Shown here: positions 1-12,010 of the stretch, in pieces
Position numbering within the stretch: the first letter of the stretch is position 1
Layout of the letters: the number at the start of each line of letters is the position of its first letter
Origin: Scenedesmus sp. PABB004
Lineage: Eukaryota
Reading direction: 5' to 3'
Length of the DNA: 64,000 nt
Assembly (NCBI GenBank): GCA_014905635.1
Contig: JABVCE010000017.1
Span: 620,001-684,000 of the forward strand
The notes under the pieces: model-generated
Told to the model about the DNA's origin: nothing
Databases searched by the model: none
What the model saw: the letters and a program-made list of their open reading frames with translations, nothing else
Position numbers and translations under genes: made by a program

Positions 1-39
1 GCGGGCAACAACGCCGCCCGCTGCCGCCCGGCGCCCTGA
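1..39 (+). CDS. Possible 3' end of an upstream gene (partial)
   Basis: Frame 1 reads AGNNAARCRPAP then TGA at 37-39, followed by TGTAA at 97-101. Too short to identify. Confidence 0.25.
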   Translation, partial: AGNNAARCRPAP

Positions 40-96
40 GCCCTGGCCGCGGGCCGCCGCCGCGTGCGCCGCGGCGCTGCCCGCTGCCAGCCGTGC

Positions 97-101
97 TGTA
101 A
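97..101 (+). terminator. Putative chlorophyte polyadenylation signal TGTAA
   Basis: TGTAA about 60 nt after the stop at 37-39; TGTAA is the established green-algal poly(A) signal. Confidence 0.4.
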
Positions 102-420
102 CACGGCCCAGCGGCCGCAGACCCCGGCCACAGCAGACCGCCGAGCGCGGAGCCAACCGCGGGTGCCCCTGCTCGCTCGCGCAGCCCCGCTCGGCGCGCG
201 CGCTCGGCGCCCGCGCTCGCGTGTCCACGGCACCCACGCCCGCGCTCTGCAGGTGAGCAGGCGGGGCGCGCCGGCGCTGCAGCAGCAGAGGCGCGGGGGC
301 CCTGCTGCCGGGCCCGCTCTCGCGCCCGCCCGCCCGCGCTGGGCGTCCCGCGCGCCCCTCCGCGCGCCCACGGCCCGGCCCCGCCCGCTGCGCGCGCAGC
401 AGCGCCACAGCGGCGGCTCC

Positions 421-2182
421 ATGAGCCAGAGCGGCGCGAGCGGCGCGAGCGGCGGCTCGGGCGCGCCGCCGCCCGGGGGCGTCGCCGCCGCCGCTGCGGC
501 GGACGGCGGGCCCGCGGGCTCGCACGACAGCGAGCAGCAGCAGGAGCAGCAGCACCACAGCGGCGGCACGCCCGCAGCGGTGGCGGCGGCCGCGCAGCTG
601 CTGCCGTCGCCGGCGCCGCCGCAGCAGCACCAGCAGCAGCACCAGCAGCACCAGCAGCAGCACCACCACCAGCAGCAGCAGCAGCAGTCGCCGCTGGCGC
701 CGCTGGCGCTGCCGGCGCCGGCGGCGCGGGCGCAGCCGCACGAACAGCGGCTGCGCCAGCAGCAGCAGCAGGCCGGGGCGCTCGCGCTGCTGGAGAGCCT
801 CCGCGCGCTGCTTCCCACCGCGCTGCGCGCGGCGGCGCAGCCGGGCGCCGCCGCCGCGCCCGCGGCCGCGCCCGCAGACGGCGCCAGCTCGCCGCCGCAG
901 CTTGCGCGCCTGCCGCCGCCGCACACCGACTCGTCCGGCTCTGCCGCGGCGGCGGCGGCGGCGGCGCGCGGCGGCGCGCGCGGCGCGCGCGGCGGCGGCG
1001 GGGGCGACGGTGGCGGCGGCGGTTGCATCGGCGGCGGCCCCGCGTCCGCCGGCGCGCGCTGCGCGGCGGGTCGGCTGCTCAACTCGCTGCTGGGCGCGGT
1101 GGAGGGGGAGCTGCTGCTGGCGGCCGACCTGCCCGCCGCCGCGCTCGTGGCGCGGCACCGCCAGCAGCTGCTGGCAGACCTGCTCGTGCTGCAGGGCGCC
1201 AGCGACCTGGCGCCGCACGCGCACGCGCACGCGCAGCAGCGCCCGGCCGCGGCGCCCGCGGCGGGCGGCGGCGCCTTCGGCGGCGCGGCGGCGGCGATGC
1301 TGGCGGCGCTGCAGCGGGGCCTGGCGGCGGCGCCCGGTGCGGCGGCGGCGGCGGCGGCGGCCGACCCCGCAACGCCGCAGAGCCGCGCCGCCGCCGGGTG
1401 GGGGCCGCGGGCGGCGGCGGCGGCGGCGCGCACCCGGGCCTGGTGCAGCTCGACGCGTTTGCCCGCGCGCTCGCGCAGCAGGTGCAGCAGGCGCAGCAGG
1501 CACGGCACGCGGGCGCGGGGCGGGGCCCGCCGCGCGGCGGCGTCGGCAGCGGCAGCGCGCCGCCGCCGGCGCAGGCGGGCAGCGAGCAGCGGCTCAGCGA
1601 GGACGCCGCCGCGCTGGCCGCGGCAGAGACGCTCGCGGCGGTGAGCGCGGCGGCGCACAAGCCGCGCGACGGGTTTGCGGCCAGCCTCGCGGTGCCGGCG
1701 GCGGCCGCGGAGCGCCTCGCGCAGGGCGGCGCGCCGCGCTCGGGCCGCGGCCCGCTCGGCGTGCAGCGGAGCGGGCTCAAGCTCGGCCGCGGCGGGGTGT
1801 ACGGCGGCTTTGGCTATGGCTTTGGCGGCGGCGACGACGCGCGCGGCGGCCCGCCCGAGCCGCCGCGGGCACGCTCGGCGCGCTAGGCAGCGCCGCGGCG
1901 CGGCGCGAGCGCGCGGTGCTGCAGGCCAAGCGCCGCGCGCGGCAGCTCGAGCGCCGCGCCGACGCGGCGGCCGCGGCCGCGGCGGAGGCGCGCGCGGAGC
2001 GCCGGCGCGCGCGCGGCGCCGACGCGGCGGCGAAGCAGCAGCAGCACCAGCTCCTGCTGCACGGCGGCTCGGGGCCGCCCGCGCCGGCGCACCAGGGGGC
2101 GCAGCAGGGGGTCGGGCTCGTTGACCGCGCGCTGTTTGCGCAGCTGCCCGCGTGGGTGCGGCGCCAGCTCGGCGAGGCGTAG
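421..2182 (+). CDS. Hypothetical Gln/Ala/Gly-rich protein with two apparent 1-nt frameshifts (~1396 and ~1850-1860)
   Basis: ATG at 421 (MSQSGASG...). Protein-like text with GC3-biased codons continues in three successive frames (...LLNSLLGAVEGELLLAADLP... / LVQLDAFARALAQQVQQ... / ...RRERAVLQAKRRARQLERR...LPAWVRRQLGEA-TAG at 2182). No recognisable domain. Confidence 0.5.
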
Positions 2183-2867
2183 CGCGAGGGCTGAAGGTCC
2201 AGAGGGTTCAGGCTTCAGGGGCCCTCGAAGGGTCGGGGAGCGCGCAGGGGTTTACACGCCGCTCGCTCATCGGCGGCGGTAATGCCACGCGCAGGCCCCC
2301 GCCCTCCCTTGCCCCCACTCCCAAGCGGCGTCATGGCGCGCACGCAAGCTCAGCCGCCCCGCAGCACCGCTGGCCCAACCTCGTGCAGTGCCGGCAGCAG
2401 GGCGGGGCCGTTAGCTAGGGCTGCTCCGGGCCAGAATCCAAGCGGGCCGCCAGCACACGCCGCGATCACAGCCGACCGACCGCCAGACAGGCTCGGCGGC
2501 AAGCCTGCGCGGAAGTGCAACGCCGGCCCGACACCGCGCCCGCCCGGCGCACGGCGACCAACGCAGCCGGCTCCCCCACGACGCCGGGGACCACACACAC
2601 GCGTCGCAGCGCGGCGTGCCACACAGCCAGGCCGGCCAGCAACGCTCAGAGGACAGCGCAGCGAGCTCGAGCAAACGCCGGGATGCCAAGTTTGAATTCG
2701 GTGCAATGTTTTAATTTAGTCTCTGTTCGGTTCGAGTGTTCCGCTGCCGACCGTGTGCGGGGCCGGGGCGGCAGAGCGCAGTGCGCGGCGCGCCGCCCCC
2801 CGCGGCCCCCCTCGAACCGACCCGCCGCCCCGCCGCCGTCCCCGCGCGCGCGCGCGCGTGCGCCGCC

Positions 2868-4714
2868 TCAGCACGCGCCGTTGGGGCAGCAGGGGTTGCC
2901 GCCCGTCACGCCCCGGAGCGCGCCGGCGGCGGTCCCATTGGCGGCGGCCCCGTTGGCGGTGGATCCGTTGGCGGCGGCCTTGGCGGCCCCGTTTGCGGGC
3001 GCGCCGCGGCGCGGGGGCCCCTCGAGCGTGATGCCGCCGTCGGCGGCGCCGCCGGGCGGCAGCACCGGCCCGCCGCGCATGATGCGGGCCGCCATCTCCT
3101 CGCCCACGTAGGCGTCGCCGTCGTGGAAGTGCTGCGGCGGCGGTTCAGCGGCGGACCGGCGGCGGTTTAGCGGCGGCGGCGGTCCAGCGGCCGCCCGCGA
3201 GCTACAACAACAACAGCCCGCGGGCTGCAACGCCTGCGCGGCCCGTGACCGCGCACGGGCCCACAAAAGGAAGAGCGCGCGTTCGTGCGCGCGCGCGGTG
3301 CGAGGGCCAATCACGACGCCTGCAACAATCAAACAAAACAAGACACAACAGAACAAGAACCAACAGAACAAGAACCAACACAGCGGCAGCCGCTCTCACC
3401 TCAAAGTTCTTGAGGAACATCGCGCCCAGCTTGGCCAGCGTCGCGTCAAACTCGGCCGCGTCGGCCCACTGCGCGCGCGGCTCGAGCGCGCCGGCGGGCA
3501 CGCCGGTGCACGCGGCCGGGACCTGCGCGCGCGCACGGAAGCGGCGCGGCGTGGCGCGGCGGGGAGGTCGGCGGCGCGCGGGCGGGGCGCGCACGCGCGC
3601 GCGCGTGTGCGCGGGGCGCTGCGCGGGGCGCTGCGCGGCGGCGGCGCCCCGCGCCTGGAGGTTGAAGATGGGTGTGGGGGCGTAGCTCGCGGCCTCGAGC
3701 TCGCCGCTGTGGATGGCGTCGATGATCGCGCGCGTGTGGGCGATGCTCAGGCGCCGCCCGACGCCGTACTTGCCACCCGTCCAGCCTGGTCGTGTGTGTG
3801 TGAGTGCGGGGGCGGGGCGTGTGCGGCGAGTGTGTGTGTGTGTGTGTGTGAGGGGAGAGCGGGAGACGAGGAGGGAGGGAGCGAAAGAAGAGTGAGCGTC
3901 CTGCGGTGGGAGCTCCCGCCCGCCCGAGGCGCGCGCGCGGCGCCAGGCCCTCGGACGAGGCGGCGGCCCTGCTGTGTGCTGCCCGCGCTGTGCGCGCTGT
4001 GCGCGCGGCGCACCAGTGTTGACGAGCCACGCGTGCGTGCCGTGGCGCTCCATCTTCTCCGCCAGCATCGCCGCGTACTGCGTGTTTGTTTGTGGGGTGT
4101 GGGACGGGGGCGGTGTGTGTGTGGGTATGTGTGTGGGAGAGAGGGGGGGGGGGCGCAGGTGCAATGCAAACGCTGCGCGCTGCGCTGCTGCGCCGCCGGT
4201 GCGCGTGCTGCCGGCGGACCTTCATGGGGTGCCACATCAGAAAGGCGCCTGCGGGGCGGGGGGGGGGGGGGGGTGAGCTGTGGACGCCTGCGGCAACGCC
4301 GCCGCCGCCGCCGGGCCGCCGCGGGCGCCCCGCGGCGCGGCGCGGCGCGCCCCGCAGGCGGCGCGCGCTCACCCCCGAAGCAGGCGCTGAAGGTGGCCTC
4401 CGGCTCGGTCACGCCGTCCTCGGTGCCTGGGGAGAGCAGAGGGCGGGGAGGGGGAGACAGGGTTTAAGGGTTGAGGGGCGGCGACGCGGGCGCGGCCGGC
4501 GCCGCTCGACGGAAGAAAAAACACGACACGACGACACGGCGCAGGCGACGTCGGTCGCGCTGAAAGCAACAAACTAACAAAGTGACAAAGTAACAAAGTG
4601 ACAAAGTAACAAAGCAACACACGCACCCGCGACCTTGGCGGTGTACCCGCTGATGAAGTGGTACATCGCCTGCTCCAGGCTCAGCTTGCTCACGGGCGGC
4701 AGCACGCTGGGTGG

Positions 4715-4783
<69 letters not shown>

Positions 4784-5817
4784 CGTGCGTGCGTGTGTGG
4801 GTGGGTGTGGGTGCGGGCGTGGCACGGCTCAGGGGGCGCAGCATTGGGGGCGGAAAAGAAAAGAAGCAGAGCCCGCGCGCGGCCGCCGGCCGCCCCCGCC
4901 GGCAGCCCCCGCCGGCAGCCCCGCCGCGCGGCGCTGGCCGCGCGCCGCACCCGAACGCGTCGCAGCAGAGCAGCACGACGTTGCGCGGGTGCCCGCCGAC
5001 GCAGGGCACGCGCGCGTTGGCGATGTGCTCGATGGGGTAGCACGCGCGCGTGTTCTCCGTCAGCGACCTGCGGGCGGGGTTTTGCGGGGTTTAGGGTTAA
5101 GGGTTGAAGGGTTTAGGTCGTCGTAGTCGACCTCGCGGCAGGCGGGGTCACAGCACCACGTTCTCCAAGCCCCCCTAAACCCCCTCCACCCTAAAAACCC
5201 AAGCACAAACCCCACAAAACCCCGCGCACGCTCACCCGTCGTCGTAGTCCACCTCGCGGCTGGCGGGGTCAAAGACCACGTTCTCCAGCACCGTGCCGAA
5301 GCGGATCGCGGCGTAGATGTCCGGCTCAGCCTCGGCGCGCAGCTTGATGGCCTGAAAGGGTGTGAGTGTGTGTGCGTGTGTGTGAGTGTTGAGTGTGCGT
5401 GCGTGTGCGTGCGTGTGCGTGCGTGTGTGTGCGTGTGTGTGTGTGGGGGGGGGGGGGGGGCGGAGTGCCGGGTGCGTTGCTTCTGTTTTGGATGGGCTGG
5501 GCTGGGCTGGGCTGGGCTGCTAGGCGCGGCGCGGCGCGGCGCGGCGCGGCGCGGCGCGGCGCGGCGCCCGTCCAGCACGCGCCCGGCCGGCCGGCCACCG
5601 CACCTTGGCGTAGCAGCCGCCCTCGATGCTGCGGCGCGGCGGCGGCGGCGACGGCGGCGGCGCGGCGGCGCGTGAGGCGCGTGAGGCGTGCGGCCCCCGC
5701 TGCAGCCGTCCTCCCCCGCCGTCCAACACACACCCACACCGCACACACACAACACACACCGCACACACACACACACACACCCACACCCACACCCACACCC
5801 ACACCCACACCCACACC

Positions 5818-5852
<35 letters not shown>

Positions 5853-8461
5853 CAAACACACACACCCAAGCCCCCCTCTGAGGCTCTCACTTGAACACAC
5901 CGTCGGGCCCCCAGCAGTGCTCGTCGTCGCCGATGAGGGGCCGCTTCGCGTCGGTCGACAGCGTCGTCTTGCCCGTGCCTTGGGTCGGCGCGGCGGCGGC
6001 GGCGCGGCGGCACGCGCGCGCGCGCGTGTGGGCGTCTGTGTTGTGTGTTGATGATGGCCCGCCCGCGCCCCCGCGCCCCGCCTCCCGGCCAAAGCCCGCC
6101 CCCCCCCCCCCCCCGCAAAACCCTGCCACGCGAAACCCCAAAACCCCAAATTTCTCTCCCCCTAAACCCTCACCCGAGAGGCCAAAGAAGAGCGTCACGT
6201 CGCCGCCGGGCCCCACGTTGCAGCCGCTGTGCAGGGAGAGGATGCCGCGGCGGGGCATGTAGTAGTGCATCAGGCTGAACACGCCCTTCTTCATCTCACT
6301 GGGGTTTGAATGAATGGGGGGCCAGGGTTTGAACGAATGGCGCGGCGGCGGCGGGGTTGAGGGTTTGGGGGATGGGGCGCCGCCGCGGGGCGGTGCGGGT
6401 TGAGCGCGCGCGCTGCCGTCCGTCGGGCGTGTCAACGCGCGCCGCGCCGCGCGCGCGCGCTGCCGCGGCGGACGCCGACGCGCGCCGTGCGCCGCGCGGC
6501 TGCCACTGACGTGCGCCGCGCGGCGCGGCGCGGCGCTCTGGCTGGCCTAAACCCTGGCCCTGGGCTTCAAAGCGCGCTCACCCCGCGTACTGGGTGCCCA
6601 GGATGACCATCTCGCGGTGGCGGAGGGAGATGTCGATGGAGGTGGAGCTGGTCATGTAGTTGTTGTACTGCGGGCGTTGAGGGCGTCGAGGGTTTAGGGG
6701 GGCGGGAGGGTTTAGGGGCGGGTGCGTGAGGGCGTGGGCGTGTGCGGGGGCAGGAGGTGAGGGGAGGAGGGCGAGCTCAGGGCGCGCGGCGGCGGGCGGC
6801 GGCCCGCCCCGCTGCCCCCTCCCAACCAACGAGCCGCCCTGTCGCCCCTCGCCCCACCGCCCAGCTGCCTAGGGTTTAGAGATCCTAGGTTAAACCCCGC
6901 GCGGTTGTGCGCGCCTTGTTGGCGGGGAAGGCGCCGCCGTTGTAGATCACGAAGTCGGGCTCCCCCCACGCCGACACCTGCGGGGGGGGGGGGGGTCGGC
7001 GGGTGAGCGACGCTCGGGCGCTCGAGCAGGTGCGCGGGCCAGCACCACAGCTAAACCCCGCGCCCGCCGAAGCCCCCCGCTTAACCCTGGCGTGCGCGCC
7101 TAGGCGGGGGTGGGCCGGATGAGCATGTTGCGCGTGAACAGCGGCGCGTGGCGCGCCTCAACACCCCGCCCCCAACCCTAAACCCCGCCCAGGCCCCCGC
7201 TAAACCCTGGCGCGCCTGGGCGGGGGTGGGCCGGATGAGCATGTTGCGCATGAACAGCGCGTGGTAGGCGCGGCTGGTGACGATTCGGATCTTCAGCCGG
7301 CACTGCGGGGTTTAGGTTAGTGGGGGCGGGGCGGGGTTCGTGGCTTGGGCAAGGGGGGGCTTGCGGCGTGAAGCTCGTCCCAGCCCCGCGTGGCCTGACA
7401 ACCCGGCCGCGCGCTGCTGCCCCCCTGAACCCTGAACCACCCGGCGCGCGCGCTCACGCTCTCGTCCCAGCCCGCGTAGCCGTCCACCACGTACACGCGG
7501 TCCACGGTGTTCAGGTAGTCAACCGCCGCCTCGCGGTTGGCCAGGAACGCCCTGCCGGGCGGTGCGTGGGTTGGCGGTGGGTGTTGATGTTGGCGGGAGT
7601 GCGTGCGTGCGTGAATGCGCGCGCGTGGGGCGTCGCTGCGCGGGCGCCAGCCAGCCCCAGCGGCGCGTCCAGAGGGCGCGGCGCGCGCAGCACGCGCAGC
7701 GCGCAGCCCTCCCGCCCAAACCCCGCCCCGCCGCCCGCCGCGCCCGAACCCGCCTGTCGTCCATCACAAAGTTGGGCGACCAGCGGCCCCACCACACGTC
7801 CTTCTCAAACTCGGTCTCCCTCACCACACGCTTGTCCTTGGGCGAGCGCCCCGTCTTCTTGCCGCTGCTGGTCGCGAGCGCGCCGCTGCTCACCACGTGC
7901 GTGCCGGGCTCGTAGCGCAGCGCCTGCGATGCGGGGCGGGGCGGGGGCGGGGCGGGGGCGTGCGGCGGCGGCGCTGACGTGAGCCCGCGTCGCCGCTGTC
8001 CGCGGGCGGCGCGCGCCGCCCGGCGGCGCGCTGCGCGGCAGCAGCGGGCGCGGCCGGTGCCGCCGGCGGGGTTTGGCCGGCACGCCGTTCCGGCGGGCCG
8101 CCGACAGAGTCGGGAGCCGCCGGGGTGGCGGGCGGGGCGTGCCGGGCGCGCGGGGCGCCGCGCAACGTGCGCGCGCATCCCGACAGCTGCGTGCCTCCAG
8201 ACGCCGCGCCGCACGCGGCGGCTCGTCAGCCCACGCGACAGCACGCACCTTCTCGTACAGCTCGGCCGGGGAGAGGTTGCGGTAGACGGCGCGGGGGGCG
8301 AGGCCGCTGTCCGCCGAGAAGGCCGAGCCAACCAGGAAGGCGGCATCGTGGCCCTCGCTGCGCACGTCCTCCTGCGGCACGATCAGAGCGACGCGATCAG
8401 CGCGCCCCAGGCGCGCCAGCGACCCCGGCAGCACCGGCAGCAGCACGCCCACCGGCAGCAT
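2868..8461 (-). CDS. PCK1: ATP-dependent phosphoenolpyruvate carboxykinase, multi-exon
   Basis: Spliced exons give canonical PEPCK(ATP) motifs: [62 protein letters not shown] (P-loop), [67 protein letters not shown]. Stop at 2868; start at 8461 inferred (MLP exon, in-frame 81-nt intron). Confidence 0.96.
4717..4775. repeat. (GT)n microsatellite in a PEPCK intron, reading (AC)n on the sense strand near the acceptor
   Basis: Directly visible dinucleotide run. Confidence 0.95.
5727..5865. repeat. (CA)n/(CACACC)n compound microsatellite in a PEPCK intron, GT-rich on the sense strand near the donor
   Basis: Directly visible. Confidence 0.9.
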
Positions 8462-8842
8462 CGCGACGTCTGCAGCCCTGGCGGCGCGGGGAGTGCTGGG
8501 GTGGCGTCGTGGCGTCGACCGCACCGACTGTGGCGCGAAAGGCCCGGGCGGCGTGCGACCTGGCAGCGGCAGCGCGACAGGGCGCGGTGCCGAACCGCCG
8601 GGCGTGCCGGTGAGCTGCCGAGTGCGGGTGCGGGTGCCTCGCCGCGCGGCGGTGCTGCCAGAGCGAGCGAGGTGCGCGGCGTCGCTGACGAGCTGGCGGT
8701 TGCATTGTGGCGAGCTCGCGCGGCGGCGCCGCGCCGTCCCGCGGCCCGCCAGCTGGCCGTCGCTTCAGCCGCGCTGCGCGCCAGCGCGGCGCGATGCCGC
8801 CGGGGCTGGCGCTGCGCGACTGAGCGCCGGACAGCAGCTCCA

Positions 8843-11171
8843 GGCCCGCTCAACTCACGCGATTGCAGCCGCCGCCGCCACAACCAGAGAGCAGCCAACG
8901 CACGCGGCTGCGCCAGGGCCCGGCCGCCGCCAAACAACGCGCCCGCTCCGCCTCACTCGGCACCCGGCGCGCGCGCCGCCGCCGCCGCGGCCAGCGCGCG
9001 GCAAACCGGCTTGTGCGCGCGCCACGCAGCCGCCTGGCAGGCGCGGCTGCAGAAGCGCGCGGGCGTCGCCGACTTGCCGCAGCCCCCGCACACAGTCCCC
9101 CGCCCGCTCACCGCCGCCAGCTCGCTGTGCGCGCCGGCCAGCGCCGCGCAGCGCGGGTTGTTGCAGCATGCGCGCAGCGGCAGCGCGGCGCACACCGCGG
9201 CGCACAGCTCCTCCGCCTGCGCGGCCAGCGCGGGCCAGCGCTCCAGGGCAGCAGAAGTGGGCGTGGCCGCGAGCGCGGCTGCGGCGGCCAAGCCGCCAAT
9301 GGCGAGCTGCGCGACCAGCGCCGCCGACGCCGCGTGCAGCTGCTCCTGCTGCGCCAGCAGGCGCTCCAGGCCCGCGCGCGAGGCGTCGACCGGCAGCGGC
9401 CCAAGCGCGCGCAGGCGCTCGCCCAGCAGCGTCGCCGCGTGGTGCAGGTCTTCCGCCACGGCGGTGGCTGCAGTCGCCTGTGGTACCGCCAGCATGGCGA
9501 GCTGCTGCAGCACCTCGCCAAGCACATCAGCGCCGGCGGCCGCGTGGGCGGCCGATTGCGCCGCCAACACCTGGCCCAGCAGCTGCGTCAGCACCGCCAC
9601 GCCGCGTGCCGCCAGCACCGCCCACAGCGCGGGCGGCTCGTACGCGAGCTGGCCACCGGCGGCTGCCACGGCTGCCGGCTGCACGTGCGCCACCGCGCCG
9701 CCAATGGTGCAGCCGGCGCGCACCACGGCCTTGCACCCGCTCGCCAGCGCCCGCAGCCGCTGCAGCGGGTCGGCCTCGGCCGCTGCGAGCGGTGCGGCCT
9801 CCGCCACGCACTTGAGCGCCGTGAGCAGGCAGGCAAACACCTCGCGCTGCAGCCGCAGGCCCGCGGCGCCGCCGGTGGTCACCATGGCCGGTGCGGGTGC
9901 CAGGCTGGGCCCGAGCCGCCTGATGGCGGCGCTCAGTCCCAGCGCTGCTCCCAAGGCGGTTTCTGGGCTATCACTGCCCGCCCAGCTCCTGGCCGAGCCC
10001 TCCAGCAGCCGGCACAGCGTGGAGGGGTCCTGCAGCGCAAACGCCGCCAGCGCCGCGTCCGCTGCGCGGCGGCAGAAGTGCCGGTGGCGGCGGCGGGGTG
10101 AGCGAGGGCAGGCAGGCATTCAGCGCGCCGCCTGGGCCACCAGGTGAGCCGCCGCCAGCACAGCACGCCACGCACCCTCCGCTCCGAAGCTCAGCAGCAG
10201 GACTTGGCCGCAGCCGATCAGGCAGCCCTTGGCATTGTGCCGCTGCTGGCCAGCCTGGAGCTCGTTCACGCCCTCTGTGCGCGCTGCCGCCGCCGCGCTG
10301 GAGCTGCCCGCCTCTGGCTCCAGCAGCGCGGCGATGGGCCGGGCGAGCGGCAGGAATGCGCGCACCACCGCCGCCGCCGCCGCCGACGCCGCCGCCTGGT
10401 CGTCCTGCGACCCACCCTCAAAGGCTCCGCGGAGGCGGTCCATGACGATGCCGGCAAACAACACGCCACCAACCAGCACGCAGCGCGTTGGGTGAAGCGT
10501 GGCCAGCTCCAGCGCCACCTCCACCGCCGTGGCAGCCAGCCCGGCGCGGCGTGGCAGCGGCAGGCTGGCGCCGGCGCCGGCGCTGTCGGCATCGGTGTCC
10601 CCAAGCAGCACGGCAGCTCCCATAAAGGTGTCCACGAGCAGGTCCTCGGTGGGCTCGCCCGGGGGCACTGCGCAGGCGTCCAGCGCCAGCGCGCGCAGCA
10701 GCGCGGCGTGCCGCGTCGGCACGATGGGCACGCTGCCGCCGCCCGAGCTGGTGCCACCGTCAGCAGCAGCCGGCCGGCGCTGCGCCTCGTGCCGGTGGGC
10801 CGCGCACAGCGCGAGCTCTGCCAGCAGCAGCTGCTGCACCGAGGGGTCTGACCACAGCGCCTGCTGTGCCGCTGCGCTCACACGGCCATGCTTCTGAACA
10901 GCACTCACGACACTCTGCGCGGTCCACCAGGCTGCTCTGCGCGCCTCGCCAAGAGCCTGCCCCACGGCGCGCGCTGTGGAGTCGTCGCCGTCCGCGCGCC
11001 AGGCGCCGGCGCGGCGCAGCACGGCGAGCGCCAGCCGTGCGACCGGCTGCGCCAGCGGCAGCAGCGGGCCCTCCAGCTGGCCGTCGGTGGGCCACGCAGC
11101 GCGCACAGCAAATGCCGCCGTCAGCAGCGCATCAGCTGCCAAGCACGATGCCGTCAGCTCAGCGCTGCTCC

Positions 11172-11206
<35 letters not shown>

Positions 11207-12007
11207 GCCTCCAGCTCCGCAGCGAGGGCGGTGCAGGCCGCGGCCAGCGGTGGCAGCATGTCTGTGGGCGCGTGGCAGGTCGACACGCAGTCAGTGAGGG
11301 GTGGGCAGAGCCGCGCGGACCGCAGGCGCCAGCTGCCGCCGGCCGCCGCTCACCCGCGCGCTCCACGTCGGCCGCCAGCTCCGCGAGGGGCGCACCAAGC
11401 ACAGCGCGCATGTCATCACTCCGGCTTAGCACGCAGCACAGGGCACACAGCGTGCTGGCAAAGCCCCTGGTGCCCGCCGCAGCCTGGCGCGTCGCCGGCG
11501 CTGCCAGCTGCTCCAGCGCGCGAGCGACGGCCTGCGCCAGCCGCGCCTGCACGCCGGGGGCGAGCAGCGCGCGCAGGTCTGCGCACGGCGAGCCACTGGC
11601 CTCAGAGGCCTCCGCCAGGCCGTCGAAATAGGCACGCAGCGGCTCCGCGGCGTCCGCCTCCGCCGCGAGCGCGCCGACGCTGCTCGCGCGCGCGCAGCGG
11701 CCCAGCCAGGCCACCAGGGCCGCCGTCTCGGGCCGCATACTGCCTGGGACTCAAGCGAGGCGCGCTGGAGGGGGCCGGTGAAGGCCGGCGGGGCTGGGCG
11801 GGGCCGCGGCGGCGGCGGGCGCTGCTGTCGCCGCTGCGCGCTGCCGCTCGGCGGGCGGGCCGCCACGACCGCTGTCAGGGCGGGCAGGGCACCCAAGGGC
11901 CGCGCCGGGGCTGTGGGGCCGGGGGCGGTGTGCGGGGTGGGGCGGCGGGCGGCGGCGAGGGCGCGGCGCGGTGCAGGCGCGCGGTTCAGGCGGCTGCCCC
12001 CACCGTC
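8843..12007 (-). repeat. Left arm of a ~3.2 kb inverted duplication (partner 21727-24895)
   Basis: The reverse complement aligns with 21727-24895 across upstream region, both introns, CDS and 3' UTR (e.g. ggttcaggcggctgcccccaccgtc at 11983-12007 versus gacggcgggggcggccgcctgaacc from 21727). Confidence 0.93.
8953..11738 (-). CDS. Ala/Leu-rich helical protein with C-terminal MYND-type zinc finger (copy A), 3 exons
   Basis: ATG 11738; GT-AG introns 11353-11262 and 10175-10062; C-terminal CCNNPRC...CGGCGK...[19 protein letters not shown] (MYND signature); stop 8953. Confidence 0.85.
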
Positions 12008-12010
12008 CAC

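Noticed and set aside
4570..4620. AT-rich (ACAAAGTR)n 8-mer repeat
   Set aside because: Short intronic tandem repeat with no other copy or structure seen.
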